A stretch of 64,000 bases of DNA. It comes from Verrucomicrobiota bacterium. Lineage in GTDB: Bacteria; Verrucomicrobiota; Verrucomicrobiia; CAIQCK01. This document shows positions 1-9,222 of this stretch, piece after piece. The stretch covers positions 152,561 through 216,560 of the forward strand of contig JAPLTX010000045.1 of NCBI GenBank assembly GCA_026397915.1, in the 5' to 3' direction. The notes beneath the pieces were generated by a model. That model ran no database searches and was not told the origin of the DNA. It saw only the letters and a program-made list of their open reading frames with translations. Positions within the stretch are counted from its first letter, which is position 1, and the number at the start of each line of letters is the position of its first letter. A program made the translations under genes and the position numbers.

Positions 1-1373
1 TGCTTCAGGCATACAAGGCGGGCAAGACGCCCGAGTATATCCGCGTCAGCGAGCAGATCGCCGCACACTACGGCATCCCAAGTTTGAACCTCGCCCAATA
101 CGCCGCCGAAAAGATTATCGCCGGAGAGATTTCCTTTGCAGCGTTCTCAGCCGATGGCGTCAACCCGACCGATGCGGGCGCCAAGATCTACGCCGAAGCC
201 GTCGCGAAGTTCGTAGACGCGCTGATGACCGCCAATCCGATTCCCGACAAACCCAAGCAACACAAACTGCCACCGCCCTTGTTCCCGCAAACGGACGACA
301 ACGGCCGCATCGTCGCCTACGAGGACCAGCAGGTGAAACGGTCTGGCAACTGGAAGCCGGGACAGGCCAGCCCGATCGGCCCGTTCCGCCACGTCCTCGT
401 CGCCGACCAAGCCGGCGCGGCGCTGACGCTGAAGTTCAAAGGCTCCGAGATCGGCATCATTGATGTCGTGGACAAGGACAGCGCGAACTACGAATACGCC
501 GTGGACGGCGCGCCGTTCCGCAAGCTCGCCGCGCCAAAAGACGTGACCGGTCCGACCATGTGCCCAGTGTCGCTTGCCAAGGGCCTCGACCGGAAAGCCG
601 ACCATGAACTTATTCTCAAGGTCGCCTCGCCCGGCACCGCGCGGATGGGTGGCTTCCTGCTCAACGGAACCGTCGCCGACGCCTTTGCTGGCATGAGCAC
701 GCTGGAGCGGATTGACGCGATCTATGCTGCGATGGACCCGATCAAGTATCAGCCGCCGGCCGGCCGCTTCGCCAACATTCCGAAGACCATGAGCAAGCTG
801 CGCGACGGCGGCGAACTCCGCATGGTGCTGCTGGGCGACAGCATCATGGGCAACACCTCCGGCTCGTCGTTCGAGCTGCTGCTCATGCGCGACTATCCGA
901 AGTGCAAGATCATCAAGATCGCCTCGCTGAGAAGTAGCACCGGCTGCAAATACTATCGGGAGGACAATCGCGTCCAAGACTACGTGTTGAAGCACAACCC
1001 CGATCTGCTAGTCATCGGCGGCATTTCCAACGGCGGCGACGCCGAGGCCGTCCGTTCGGTAATCCAACAGGTCCGCGCCAAGAAACCGGACACCGAGGTG
1101 CTGCTGCTCACGCCCGTCTTCGGCGCGATACGCGACGAGCACATCCGGATGTTCACGCGTGAGATTGACACGACGACGAGCAACTTCCGCTGGAACATGC
1201 AGAAGGTCGCGGCGGAAGAGAAATGCGCTTTTTTCGACATGACCGGTCCGTGGTGGGCGTATATCCAGGACAGCGGCAAGACCTACGGCTGGTTCATGGG
1301 TGACGCCGTCCACGCCAACCACCGCGGCTGCCAGATCATCGGTCGTCTGTTGGAAATCTGGTTCAGAGAATAG
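1..1373 (+). CDS. Tandem SGNH/GDSL hydrolase (5'-truncated by window edge)
   Basis: Frame is open from nt 3 (LQAYKAGKTPEY...). End of a first SGNH-like domain (DGVNP), a beta-sandwich, then a full SGNH domain with LGDSI block I and DAVH block V. Confidence 0.8.
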   Translation, partial: LQAYKAGKTPEYIRVSEQIAAHYGIPSLNLAQYAAEKIIAGEISFAAFSADGVNPTDAGAKIYAEAVAKFVDALMTANPIPDKPKQHKLPPPLFPQTDDNGRIVAYEDQQVKRSGNWKPGQASPIGPFRHVLVADQAGAALTLKFKGSEIGIIDVVDKDSANYEYAVDGAPFRKLAAPKDVTGPTMCPVSLAKGLDRKADHELILKVASPGTARMGGFLLNGTVADAFAGMSTLERIDAIYAAMDPIKYQPPAGRFANIPKTMSKLRDGGELRMVLLGDSIMGNTSGSSFELLLMRDYPKCKIIKIASLRSSTGCKYYREDNRVQDYVLKHNPDLLVIGGISNGGDAEAVRSVIQQVRAKKPDTEVLLLTPVFGAIRDEHIRMFTREIDTTTSNFRWNMQKVAAEEKCAFFDMTGPWWAYIQDSGKTYGWFMGDAVHANHRGCQIIGRLLEIWFRE

Positions 1374-1396
1374 TCAAATAGAGCTAGGTTTCCACA

Positions 1397-1465
1397 TTCC
1401 CGCTAACCGCATCCACACGGTTGCGATTCTTGTCCATTTACCAGCGGGCATCGGTGCGCCACAAT
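1397..1465 (+). promoter_or_regulatory. Shared promoter module, copy 1
   Basis: CCGCTAACCGCATCCACAC..GCGATTCTTGTCCA, then TTTACC (1437-1442), 17 nt, CACAAT (1460-1465). Near-identical copies at about 7143 and 14469. Confidence 0.7.
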
Positions 1466-1475
1466 GGCCGCGACA

Positions 1476-3745
1476 ATGAACAATGAACTTGCTGGCAGAA
1501 TCGGACGAACCGTCGCGCTGATCCTTGCGACAATCATTGCGCGGCCGGGATTGGTAGTCGCCACCTCCACTGACAAGGACTCGCCTCACCAGATGACCGC
1601 GAGCGGCAAGGCGAGTTCGATCCCACAGGGATATGTTCCGCCGCTGGTGAGCAACGGGAGCCTCTCAATGCTGGTTGACTACCATGGAGGCCAGTCTCAG
1701 CGCGCGTATAGCCGCATGACGCCAGGCATCTGGTGGGCAGGTCGCCGATACGGGCCGCCCAATGACCAACTTATCCCGTTCGGACATTTCGAGTCGGAAC
1801 TGAGCGTTGACGGGAAACGGTGCGCGACGCCGGCGACATGGACGCAGACGCTGGACACAAAAGCAGCGGTTGTAACCTGCCGCAACGATTACGACAACGG
1901 TCTGACGGTTGAGACGGCCGTGCTCACACCGCTCGCCCACGACTTGGTTGTGGTGAAGAAGCGGTTTTACGCGACGAACGCCAGCGTCCGTTCGGTTCGC
2001 ATGGCTTTCAAATACCAATTCACGCCGCCGGGAGACGAGAACCGTCCGCCGAGACGCGTCACCGGTGCCTGCGCGTGGAGCGAGGTGTCCAAGAGCGCGG
2101 AGTTCCGTTATCAGGCGGACGGACATCGGCCTTGCGACGGCATTATCTCGATCTTCTCTGACAAGCCGGTGACCGCAGCCATCAACAAGCAGGCGGTCGG
2201 ATTGACTTCCGAGATCACACTCGATGGGGCCAAACCAGTGGAGGTGACGACCTGTCTGTTGTTCGCGGATTCGCTGGACGGCAAAGACTATCTGGAGCGG
2301 GCGGCGAAGCTGCGCGAGTTGGCGCGGCAGGAGGGCTTTGACGGCTTGTTCGCCGCGCACCGGAAAGCGTGGGCGGCGTATTGGAACGAGTCGTATGTGC
2401 ATGTCCCCGACGAGCGGCTGGAGAAAGCCTACTGCACGGCGCAATATCACCTGCGGGCCAACGCGACGAAGTGGTCGTTTCCGGTCGGGATATTCAACAC
2501 GCACTGGGCGGGCCGGTTTTTCGGCTGGGACGAGCTGTTCTGCTATCAGGCGCTGGTCAGCAGCAATCATCGCGACATTGCGCGGCGTTGTCCGGAGTTC
2601 AGGTTTGCGGGACTGCAAAAGGCGCTCGACCGGGCCAGTCATTACGGCAAGCCGGGGACGTATGGCGCGCGTTATCCGTGGGAGGCGATGGAGGACGGCT
2701 CCGAGGCGGCACCGCCCGGTTTTTGGATGGAGCACGTGTTTCACATCTCGAACATCGCGCTCTCGGCGTGGCTCCAGCACCTCTACACCGAGGACGCGGC
2801 CTATCTCAAGAACACGGGCTACCCGGTGATCAGGGAGTGCGCGCGGTTCTTTCTGACAAACATGGTTTACGAAGCGCCCGACGGCGGCATGTTCATCGGC
2901 AAATGCACCGACTTGGAGCGGCTGGGGCCGGCGCGGCAGAATCCGTTCATGACCTCCTGCGGCGCGATCTACACGCTGGAGGCGTCAGCGCAGGCGGCTG
3001 CGCTGCTCAAGACCGACGACGCCGAAGCCGCGGCATGGAAACACGCCGCCGCGAAGCTGCGCGAGTCACTGCCACACGATGGCAACCGTTACGTCCCCTA
3101 CACAGACTGCAAGGAGGAGAGCGTGGCTTCGCTCGGCGGGCTGTTCCCGTATCCGCTGTTCGATGCGACCGATGCGCGCCAACGGAACGCCGTCTATCAT
3201 TTCGTCGCCAACGGCCGGGCGTCCGGCAACATGTATCCGGTGGGCCAATCGGTCTGCGCGTGGTATGCGGGCTGGATGGCGGCGGCGCTGGCGGCGCTGG
3301 GTGACAAGACTGAGCCGATCAAGCTGCTGGATGAAGCGGCGGCAGGCGCGGGCTGCTTCGGGGAGATGTTCGAGATCAACGAAGCGAAAGTCTCCATGCA
3401 CCCGTGGTTCTCGACCGCGTCGGGGAATGTCGTCTATGCGCTGAACCAGATGCTCGTGCAGAGCCCGCCGTTCCTGAAGCGTGGAAGGACTACTCGTTCA
3501 AACTCGCGTGCCACGGCAATCTCGTGGCGGAGGTCGTGGTGAAAGGTGGACGGATCGAGAAGCTGATGCTCTTGCCGAACGACGCCAACGCCACGCACCG
3601 GCGAACGCTGGTGCTGCCATCGAGACTGGTCGGCAAAGGCTCGCTCAACGGCCCCGCCGTCAAGGCGACAACGAGCAAGGGAAGCAACTCGCTCATCGCT
3701 GTTGAGTTCAAAGGTCCAACAAACTTGATCGGAGACACGAAATGA
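1476..3745 (+). pseudogene. Secreted GH65/GH95-like (alpha/alpha)6 glycoside hydrolase, frameshifted near 3464
   Basis: Signal peptide, FFGWDE and GARYPWE motifs. After ...QMLVQS the expected PAVPEAWKDYSFKL tail continues in another frame, and that frame ends in an ATGA overlap with the next gene (3742-3745). Confidence 0.7.
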
Positions 3746-6700
3746 AGCCTCTGTGGATTTGCATCGTCGCGTTGTCGTCGCTTGGGGTCGCCGTCCACGC
3801 GGAGGTTTACACGCTGAAAGACCGGCAGGTCGAGGTGGCGATTGACGAGAAAGGCGACCTGGTTTCGCTGAAGAACCCGCAAACCAATCACGACTACGCC
3901 GGCGGGCGGCCGCTGTGGCGGCTCTATTTCGACCGTAAGGACGGGCAAAAGGAAAACGAGGTCACCGCGTCCGAGAATCGGCCCGCGATCCAGCGCCAAG
4001 ACAATCGCATCGTGTTCCGCTATGACTCGCTGGAGGCTCGCGGCGCGAACCTCCGGATGAAGCTGGTTCTGAGCATCCGGCTGGAGGACGGACTGGTTCG
4101 TTTCGGCTCGGAGCTTTCGAACGATGAACCTCACACAATCATCCGCGAGTTGCACTATCCGCTGGTCGGCGGTTGCCAGTTGCCGGCCGACTGCAAGTTG
4201 CTGACGACGCAGCGCGGCGGCCAGCTCATCGCGAACCCGACGGCCCACATCCTCGGCGTCGGCAACAGTCCGCCCTACATGGCGCCGTCGCAGTTCTACC
4301 GCCAGATGGACCTGAAGTATCCGGGCCACACCTCGGCGAACTGCTTTGCGCTCGTGGGCGGCGGACAGGGGTTGTATCTCGCCAGCCACGACCCGACGTT
4401 CCAAGACACGTGGCACGGGCTGCGCGTTTATCCCGATGCGGCGGGTGCGTGGACTGCGCTGGAGGCCGGCCTCTACAAATACCCGAACTGCGTGAAGGGC
4501 AAGTCGTGGTCATGCGACGCCAACGTGATCGCGCCCTACTCCGGCAGTTGGCACCAGACGTCGAAGCTCTACCGGAAATGGGCCGACACCTGGTGGCGCC
4601 AGCGCGAGGTGCCGCTGTGGGTCCGCAAGATGAAAGGCTGGCAGCGGCTGATTTTCGTTCACCAGTATGGCGAGCAGTTCTTCTCGTTCAGCGACCTGAG
4701 CGGGCGCATCCGCAAGGCAGGCCAGAGCGTCGGCTGCGAAAACGTGCTGGCGTTCGGCTGGTGGAAGGCCGGCATGGACAACGGTTATCCTGACTCGTAT
4801 TGGGTGACCGACGCCGCGCAGGGCGGCGACAAGGCGTGGGCGCAGGAGATCGCCGATTTTCGAAAACAGGGCGGCCGGTTGATGCTCTACTTCAACGGGA
4901 AGCTGATTGATAGCGCGAGCGCGTTCTACCGCAACGGCGACGGCAAGAACGTCTGCTACCACGACAACACCGGCGCGCACTACACGGAGCAATACCGCTT
5001 CAAGGGACTCGGCACCTTCACCGGTCACTACAACGCGCGGACGTTTGTGGTGGCCGACACGCGCCGCGACGAGTGGCGCAAGCAACTCCTGCGGATGGCC
5101 GACCGCGCGATCAGTTTCGGCGTGGACAGCGTGTTCTACGACCAGTTGGGCTATGCCGAAGCGTCCTCGAACTGGGACCTCAGCGGCGAGTTCGCGATTC
5201 CGAACACGCGCGTCATCGCCGACAAGGCGGAGACGTTGAAGATGATCCACGATTATCTCGACAAGAAGGCCAGCCCTGACTTTGCGCTTGGCACGGAGCA
5301 CTGCACGGACGTGACGGCGCAATACGTGGACTATATCCACAACATCACCGGCGCAACCGGCCCGACGGATTTTACCGAGTGGATTCGCTTCACGTTCCCG
5401 GAGGTCATCCTGTCCGACCGCGAAATCCGCGACGACACCGACGTGCCGCGTCGCGTGAACCACGCCCTGCTCAAGGGCCTGCGCAACGACATCGAGATAT
5501 ATCGTTGCCGCGACCTGATAGACAAAGCGCCGAACTACCAGCGTTATCTGGCCCAGGTCAACCGGCTCAAGGAGAAGTATTGCGATCTGCTGCTACTCGG
5601 CGCCTACAAGGACACCGAGGGATTCGCGAACGACAACCCGAAGGTCAACGCCCGCTGTTTCATCAATGGGAATCGCATGGCAGTCGTGGCGACGCAGAGT
5701 TCCCCCAAACCGGCGACGGCGTGCGTTCGCGTGCCGGGCTACACGTTTCAGGAATCAAGCTGCCTCGGCGAGGCCAAACTGGAAACCATGCCTGATGGCG
5801 GTCAGTCTGTGCGTCTCGGCCAACACGGTCTCGCGGTTCTCATCTTCGAGAAAACCAATGCCGCGTTTGCCGTGGCCGACCAGCAACTGCGCGCGAAAGC
5901 CGAGGAGGCGTGGCGCGCCGCGTGGGACCGGTTCTACGACGACCGCACGCATCTTTTTTACGACTACGTTTGCAGCTACGACCCGGCCAAGCGCCTCGCC
6001 GCCCTGCCGACGGCGAAGGAAGCCCGGCGCCAATATCCCAACCCCAACGGCTGGGGCACCGGCATGGAAGATTGCGCCATCAGCGGCGGCTTGATGATGG
6101 CGATGATATGCGACCGTTTCGTGGCCACCAACGATGCGGCTATGCGTCCCCTTGCCGCAAAAGTCTTCGCGGGTCTGGCATCGCTAGTTACGCTTAGTTC
6201 GACCGAGGGCTTTGTCAGCCGCGGCATCTGTCCCAGCGACGGACATTCCCATTACGCCGAGAGTTCCCGCGACCAATACACGTGGCACGTCTATGGCCTG
6301 TGGCGCTACTACCACAGCCCGCTGTCGCAGCCGGAGGAGAAGGCCGCGATACGGAAGATCATCACCGCCATCTGTCGGCGCATGGAGCGCAACATCGTCC
6401 CCGCGAAGAACTACAGCATCGGCAAGGACACAGGCACCTTCGACGGCATCGTGGACAAGATGTGGGAGAACATGGCGCACGAGATCGCGCGTCTGCCGAT
6501 GATCTATGCCATCGGCGCGGACCTAACAGGCGACAGCCATTGGAAGGAACTCGCCCGCCGCTACAGTCCCGAAGCCGTCGCCAAATCGAAGGAGGAATCC
6601 ACGAAGATTCCTTACGCACTGCTGCAAGAACAGGTTTCGCTGGACGCGCTCTACCAACTGGAAGATTCCCCGGAACTGAAGCGGCAGTGGCTGGAGGCGA

Positions 6701-7068
6701 TGCGGTTGGTGGCGGACCGCGCGCAGGTCTTCTTCGCCAAATGCCTCAAATACCAGCCACCGTCAGGCGCGCCATTCTGGTTCGACTGGCGGACCTGGCC
6801 GCTTCGCAAGTCCTCCATCTACCAAGTTCCCACCCGCCCCGACGTCATCATCACGGAGGACCGCACGATTCGTGAGCCAGCCGAGGCGGCGCTGGTGCAA
6901 CTGCTCTGTCCGGAGCGATCGCTGACCCCGGAGCAACTCGCACTTATGAAGCGGATGATTGCCCAAGTGGATTACGACAAGGTTGTCTTCTACGGGCACT
7001 ACTACACGCAGGCCGTCTATTGGCGTGCGGTGCGACTGGGACTGCTTAAGCTTCCGGTCGCGCCCTGA
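3742..7068 (+). CDS. Secreted fusion: DUF6259-like TIM-barrel glycosidase plus C-terminal alpha/alpha-barrel domain
   Basis: Signal peptide; YP-Y, LYFNG, FYDQLG and RFTFPE motifs shared with 14543..16708; second domain from about aa 710 (GWGTGMED, SSRDQY). Confidence 0.7.
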   Translation: MKPLWICIVALSSLGVAVHAEVYTLKDRQVEVAIDEKGDLVSLKNPQTNHDYAGGRPLWRLYFDRKDGQKENEVTASENRPAIQRQDNRIVFRYDSLEARGANLRMKLVLSIRLEDGLVRFGSELSNDEPHTIIRELHYPLVGGCQLPADCKLLTTQRGGQLIANPTAHILGVGNSPPYMAPSQFYRQMDLKYPGHTSANCFALVGGGQGLYLASHDPTFQDTWHGLRVYPDAAGAWTALEAGLYKYPNCVKGKSWSCDANVIAPYSGSWHQTSKLYRKWADTWWRQREVPLWVRKMKGWQRLIFVHQYGEQFFSFSDLSGRIRKAGQSVGCENVLAFGWWKAGMDNGYPDSYWVTDAAQGGDKAWAQEIADFRKQGGRLMLYFNGKLIDSASAFYRNGDGKNVCYHDNTGAHYTEQYRFKGLGTFTGHYNARTFVVADTRRDEWRKQLLRMADRAISFGVDSVFYDQLGYAEASSNWDLSGEFAIPNTRVIADKAETLKMIHDYLDKKASPDFALGTEHCTDVTAQYVDYIHNITGATGPTDFTEWIRFTFPEVILSDREIRDDTDVPRRVNHALLKGLRNDIEIYRCRDLIDKAPNYQRYLAQVNRLKEKYCDLLLLGAYKDTEGFANDNPKVNARCFINGNRMAVVATQSSPKPATACVRVPGYTFQESSCLGEAKLETMPDGGQSVRLGQHGLAVLIFEKTNAAFAVADQQLRAKAEEAWRAAWDRFYDDRTHLFYDYVCSYDPAKRLAALPTAKEARRQYPNPNGWGTGMEDCAISGGLMMAMICDRFVATNDAAMRPLAAKVFAGLASLVTLSSTEGFVSRGICPSDGHSHYAESSRDQYTWHVYGLWRYYHSPLSQPEEKAAIRKIITAICRRMERNIVPAKNYSIGKDTGTFDGIVDKMWENMAHEIARLPMIYAIGADLTGDSHWKELARRYSPEAVAKSKEESTKIPYALLQEQVSLDALYQLEDSPELKRQWLEAMRLVADRAQVFFAKCLKYQPPSGAPFWFDWRTWPLRKSSIYQVPTRPDVIITEDRTIREPAEAALVQLLCPERSLTPEQLALMKRMIAQVDYDKVVFYGHYYTQAVYWRAVRLGLLKLPVAP

Positions 7069-7142
7069 GAGTCGAGCCTGCAACGCCGAAGAAGAAAAGC
7101 AAGAACCCCATGGCAGCCGCTAGCGATTGAAGCTCGCAACAA

Positions 7143-7212
7143 TTCCCGCTAACCGCATCCACACGGAAGCGATTCTTGTCCATTTACCGCAAGGCATCGG
7201 GTGCTTCATAAT
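7143..7212 (+). promoter_or_regulatory. Shared promoter module, copy 2
   Basis: Same upstream block; TTTACC (7183-7188), 18 nt, CATAAT (7207-7212); ATG 9 nt later. Confidence 0.7.
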
Positions 7213-7221
7213 GGCCTCGAT

Positions 7222-7980
7222 ATGAAAACCGAACTGAACGGGAGGATCGCGCTCGTGACGGGCGCGGGACAAGGCATTGGACGGGCCATCGCGCTCGCGC
7301 TCGCGGCGCATGGCGCGACGGTGGCTGTCAACGACGTGAAGCGTGAGAAGAGCGACAAGGTCATCGCGGAGATCGTTCCGGCTGGCGGCAAAGCCGTGGC
7401 GGCCTGCGCGGATGTTTCGCGGCGCGATGAAGTGGAGCGGATGGTTGGCGGCATCGTGAAGCAGTTCGGCCGGCTCGATATCCTCGTCAACGGCGCGCGC
7501 GTCGAACCGCCGCGGCCGGCGGGGATGGCACCGGAGGATTGGTGGGACCGCGTGCTTGACGTGGATCTCAAAGGTGCGTGGCTCTGTTCGATGGGGGCGC
7601 TGGAACCGATGAAACGCCAACAGTTCGGCCGTATCATCAACATCTCTTCGATTCAAGGTTTCACCGGCAACGCCGAGGAAGAATGGATCGCTTACAGTTG
7701 CGCCAAGGCTGGCATGGGCGGGCTGACACGCTCACTGGCGCAGGCCGGCCTGAAGCTCGGCATTACCGCCAACGCCATCGCGCCAGATTACATCGAAACC
7801 GAAGTGATGGAGGCGCGTTGGGGGCGCGAGAAGATGAGCGAGTTTGCCGCCGGCGTGCCGATGGGCCGTGCGGGCCAGCCGGAGGAAGTCGCCGAGGCGG
7901 TCCTGTTCCTCGTAAAGTCAGGCTTTATCACCGGCGAGACAATCTTCATCACAGGAGGGAGATTTGTTATTCCAAAGTAG
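7222..7980 (+). CDS. SDR family oxidoreductase (FabG-like)
   Basis: TGAGQGIG cofactor motif, YSCAK catalytic motif; the usual NNAG reads NGAR. Confidence 0.88.
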   Translation: MKTELNGRIALVTGAGQGIGRAIALALAAHGATVAVNDVKREKSDKVIAEIVPAGGKAVAACADVSRRDEVERMVGGIVKQFGRLDILVNGARVEPPRPAGMAPEDWWDRVLDVDLKGAWLCSMGALEPMKRQQFGRIINISSIQGFTGNAEEEWIAYSCAKAGMGGLTRSLAQAGLKLGITANAIAPDYIETEVMEARWGREKMSEFAAGVPMGRAGQPEEVAEAVLFLVKSGFITGETIFITGGRFVIPK

Positions 7981-8039
7981 TCGTCACGCTCCGCGTGACG
8001 GCAATCAACACACAACATCACGCGGAGCGTGATGACTAC
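7977..8039. repeat. GTAG-type REP doublet (REPIN-like)
   Basis: GTAGTCGTCACGCTCCGCGTGA ... TCACGCGGAGCGTGATGACTAC inverted pair; second copy at 46135-46198. Confidence 0.8.
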
Positions 8040-8040
8040 T

Positions 8041-9201
8041 ATGAAAATCACCGCAATCAAAACCTTTCTCTGCGACGCCTACCGCACAAATCTGTCGTTC
8101 GTCAAAATCGAGACCGACGCCGGTCACCACGGCTACGGCGAGATGACGCTCGAATTTCACGACCGCGCCGTCCTCGGCTGCATCGAGGACCTGACGCCGT
8201 CGTGGATCGGCCGCGACCCGATGGATATCGAGGCGCTCTGGCACGACTCCTACCGCGATGCTTACTGGCGGGGCGGGCCAGTGCTCTCGACCTCGCTTGC
8301 CGCGTTGGAGATGGCGTGCTGGGACATCAAGGGCAAGGCGCTCGGCCAGCCCGTCTGGCAATTGCTCGGCGGCAAGTGCCGCGACCGCGTGCGTTGTTAC
8401 GCCAACGCGTGGTTCGTGCCGGCAAAGACGCCTGCCGAGTTTGCCGCGAAGGCGAAGGAAGCCATCGCGCGCGGCTGGAAGGCGCTGAAGTGGGACCCGT
8501 TCGGCAGCGCGCATCGCGACATCACGCGCGCGGAGCTGCTCAACGCCGTGCGTTGTGTGGCTGCGGTGCGCGAGGCAGTCGGCGAAACCGACCTGCTCAT
8601 CGAAGGCCACGGCCGGTTCAACATCGAGAGCGCGCTGCGGGTCGGCAACGCGCTTGCCGAATTCGATATCCTGTGGTTTGAGGAACCGCTCTTCCCGGAA
8701 CTGCTCGACGCGCTGGCGGAACTGAAACGCCGCGTGCCGGTGCCCATCGCGGCCGGCGAGCGCATCTACACGCGTTTCCAAGCGCGCGAGTTCATCGAGA
8801 AACGCTGCGGCGATTTCATCCAGCCCGACATCAGCCGCGTCGGCATCAAGGAACTGCGCCTCATCGGCGGCATGGCTGAGGCGGCGGGCATCAGTTTCTG
8901 CCCTCACAATCCCGCCGGCCCGATTACCAACATGGCCACGCTGCACATCGCCGCTTCCACGCCGAACTTCTTCCTGCTGGAGACGATGGCGAACGATGTG
9001 CCGTGGCGCAGCGAATTCAGTGATGAGGACGTGCGCATCGTGGATGGCGAGATGCTTATCCCGACGCGCCCCGGCCTCGGCATCGAGTTGAACGAAGAGG
9101 CGATCGCAAAGCATCCGCCGAAGCGCCACCACCTCCGCCACTACCGCGGCGACCTCACCGCCATCCGGCCCACCAACGCAACGGAGTGGTTCAAGCGTTA
9201 G
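8041..9201 (+). CDS. Mandelate racemase/enolase-superfamily sugar-acid dehydratase (galactonate dehydratase-like)
   Basis: WDIKGK...PVWQLLGG, LKWD, EGHG, FEEP, GER and PHN motifs. Confidence 0.88.
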   Translation: MKITAIKTFLCDAYRTNLSFVKIETDAGHHGYGEMTLEFHDRAVLGCIEDLTPSWIGRDPMDIEALWHDSYRDAYWRGGPVLSTSLAALEMACWDIKGKALGQPVWQLLGGKCRDRVRCYANAWFVPAKTPAEFAAKAKEAIARGWKALKWDPFGSAHRDITRAELLNAVRCVAAVREAVGETDLLIEGHGRFNIESALRVGNALAEFDILWFEEPLFPELLDALAELKRRVPVPIAAGERIYTRFQAREFIEKRCGDFIQPDISRVGIKELRLIGGMAEAAGISFCPHNPAGPITNMATLHIAASTPNFFLLETMANDVPWRSEFSDEDVRIVDGEMLIPTRPGLGIELNEEAIAKHPPKRHHLRHYRGDLTAIRPTNATEWFKR

Positions 9202-9222
9202 AACCGCAAGGAAGACGCGAGC

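Noticed and set aside
7205-7218. TTCATAATGGCCTC also present at 50605-50618
   Set aside because: Acts as a -10 region on + in one place and as RBS/start on - in the other; likely coincidence.
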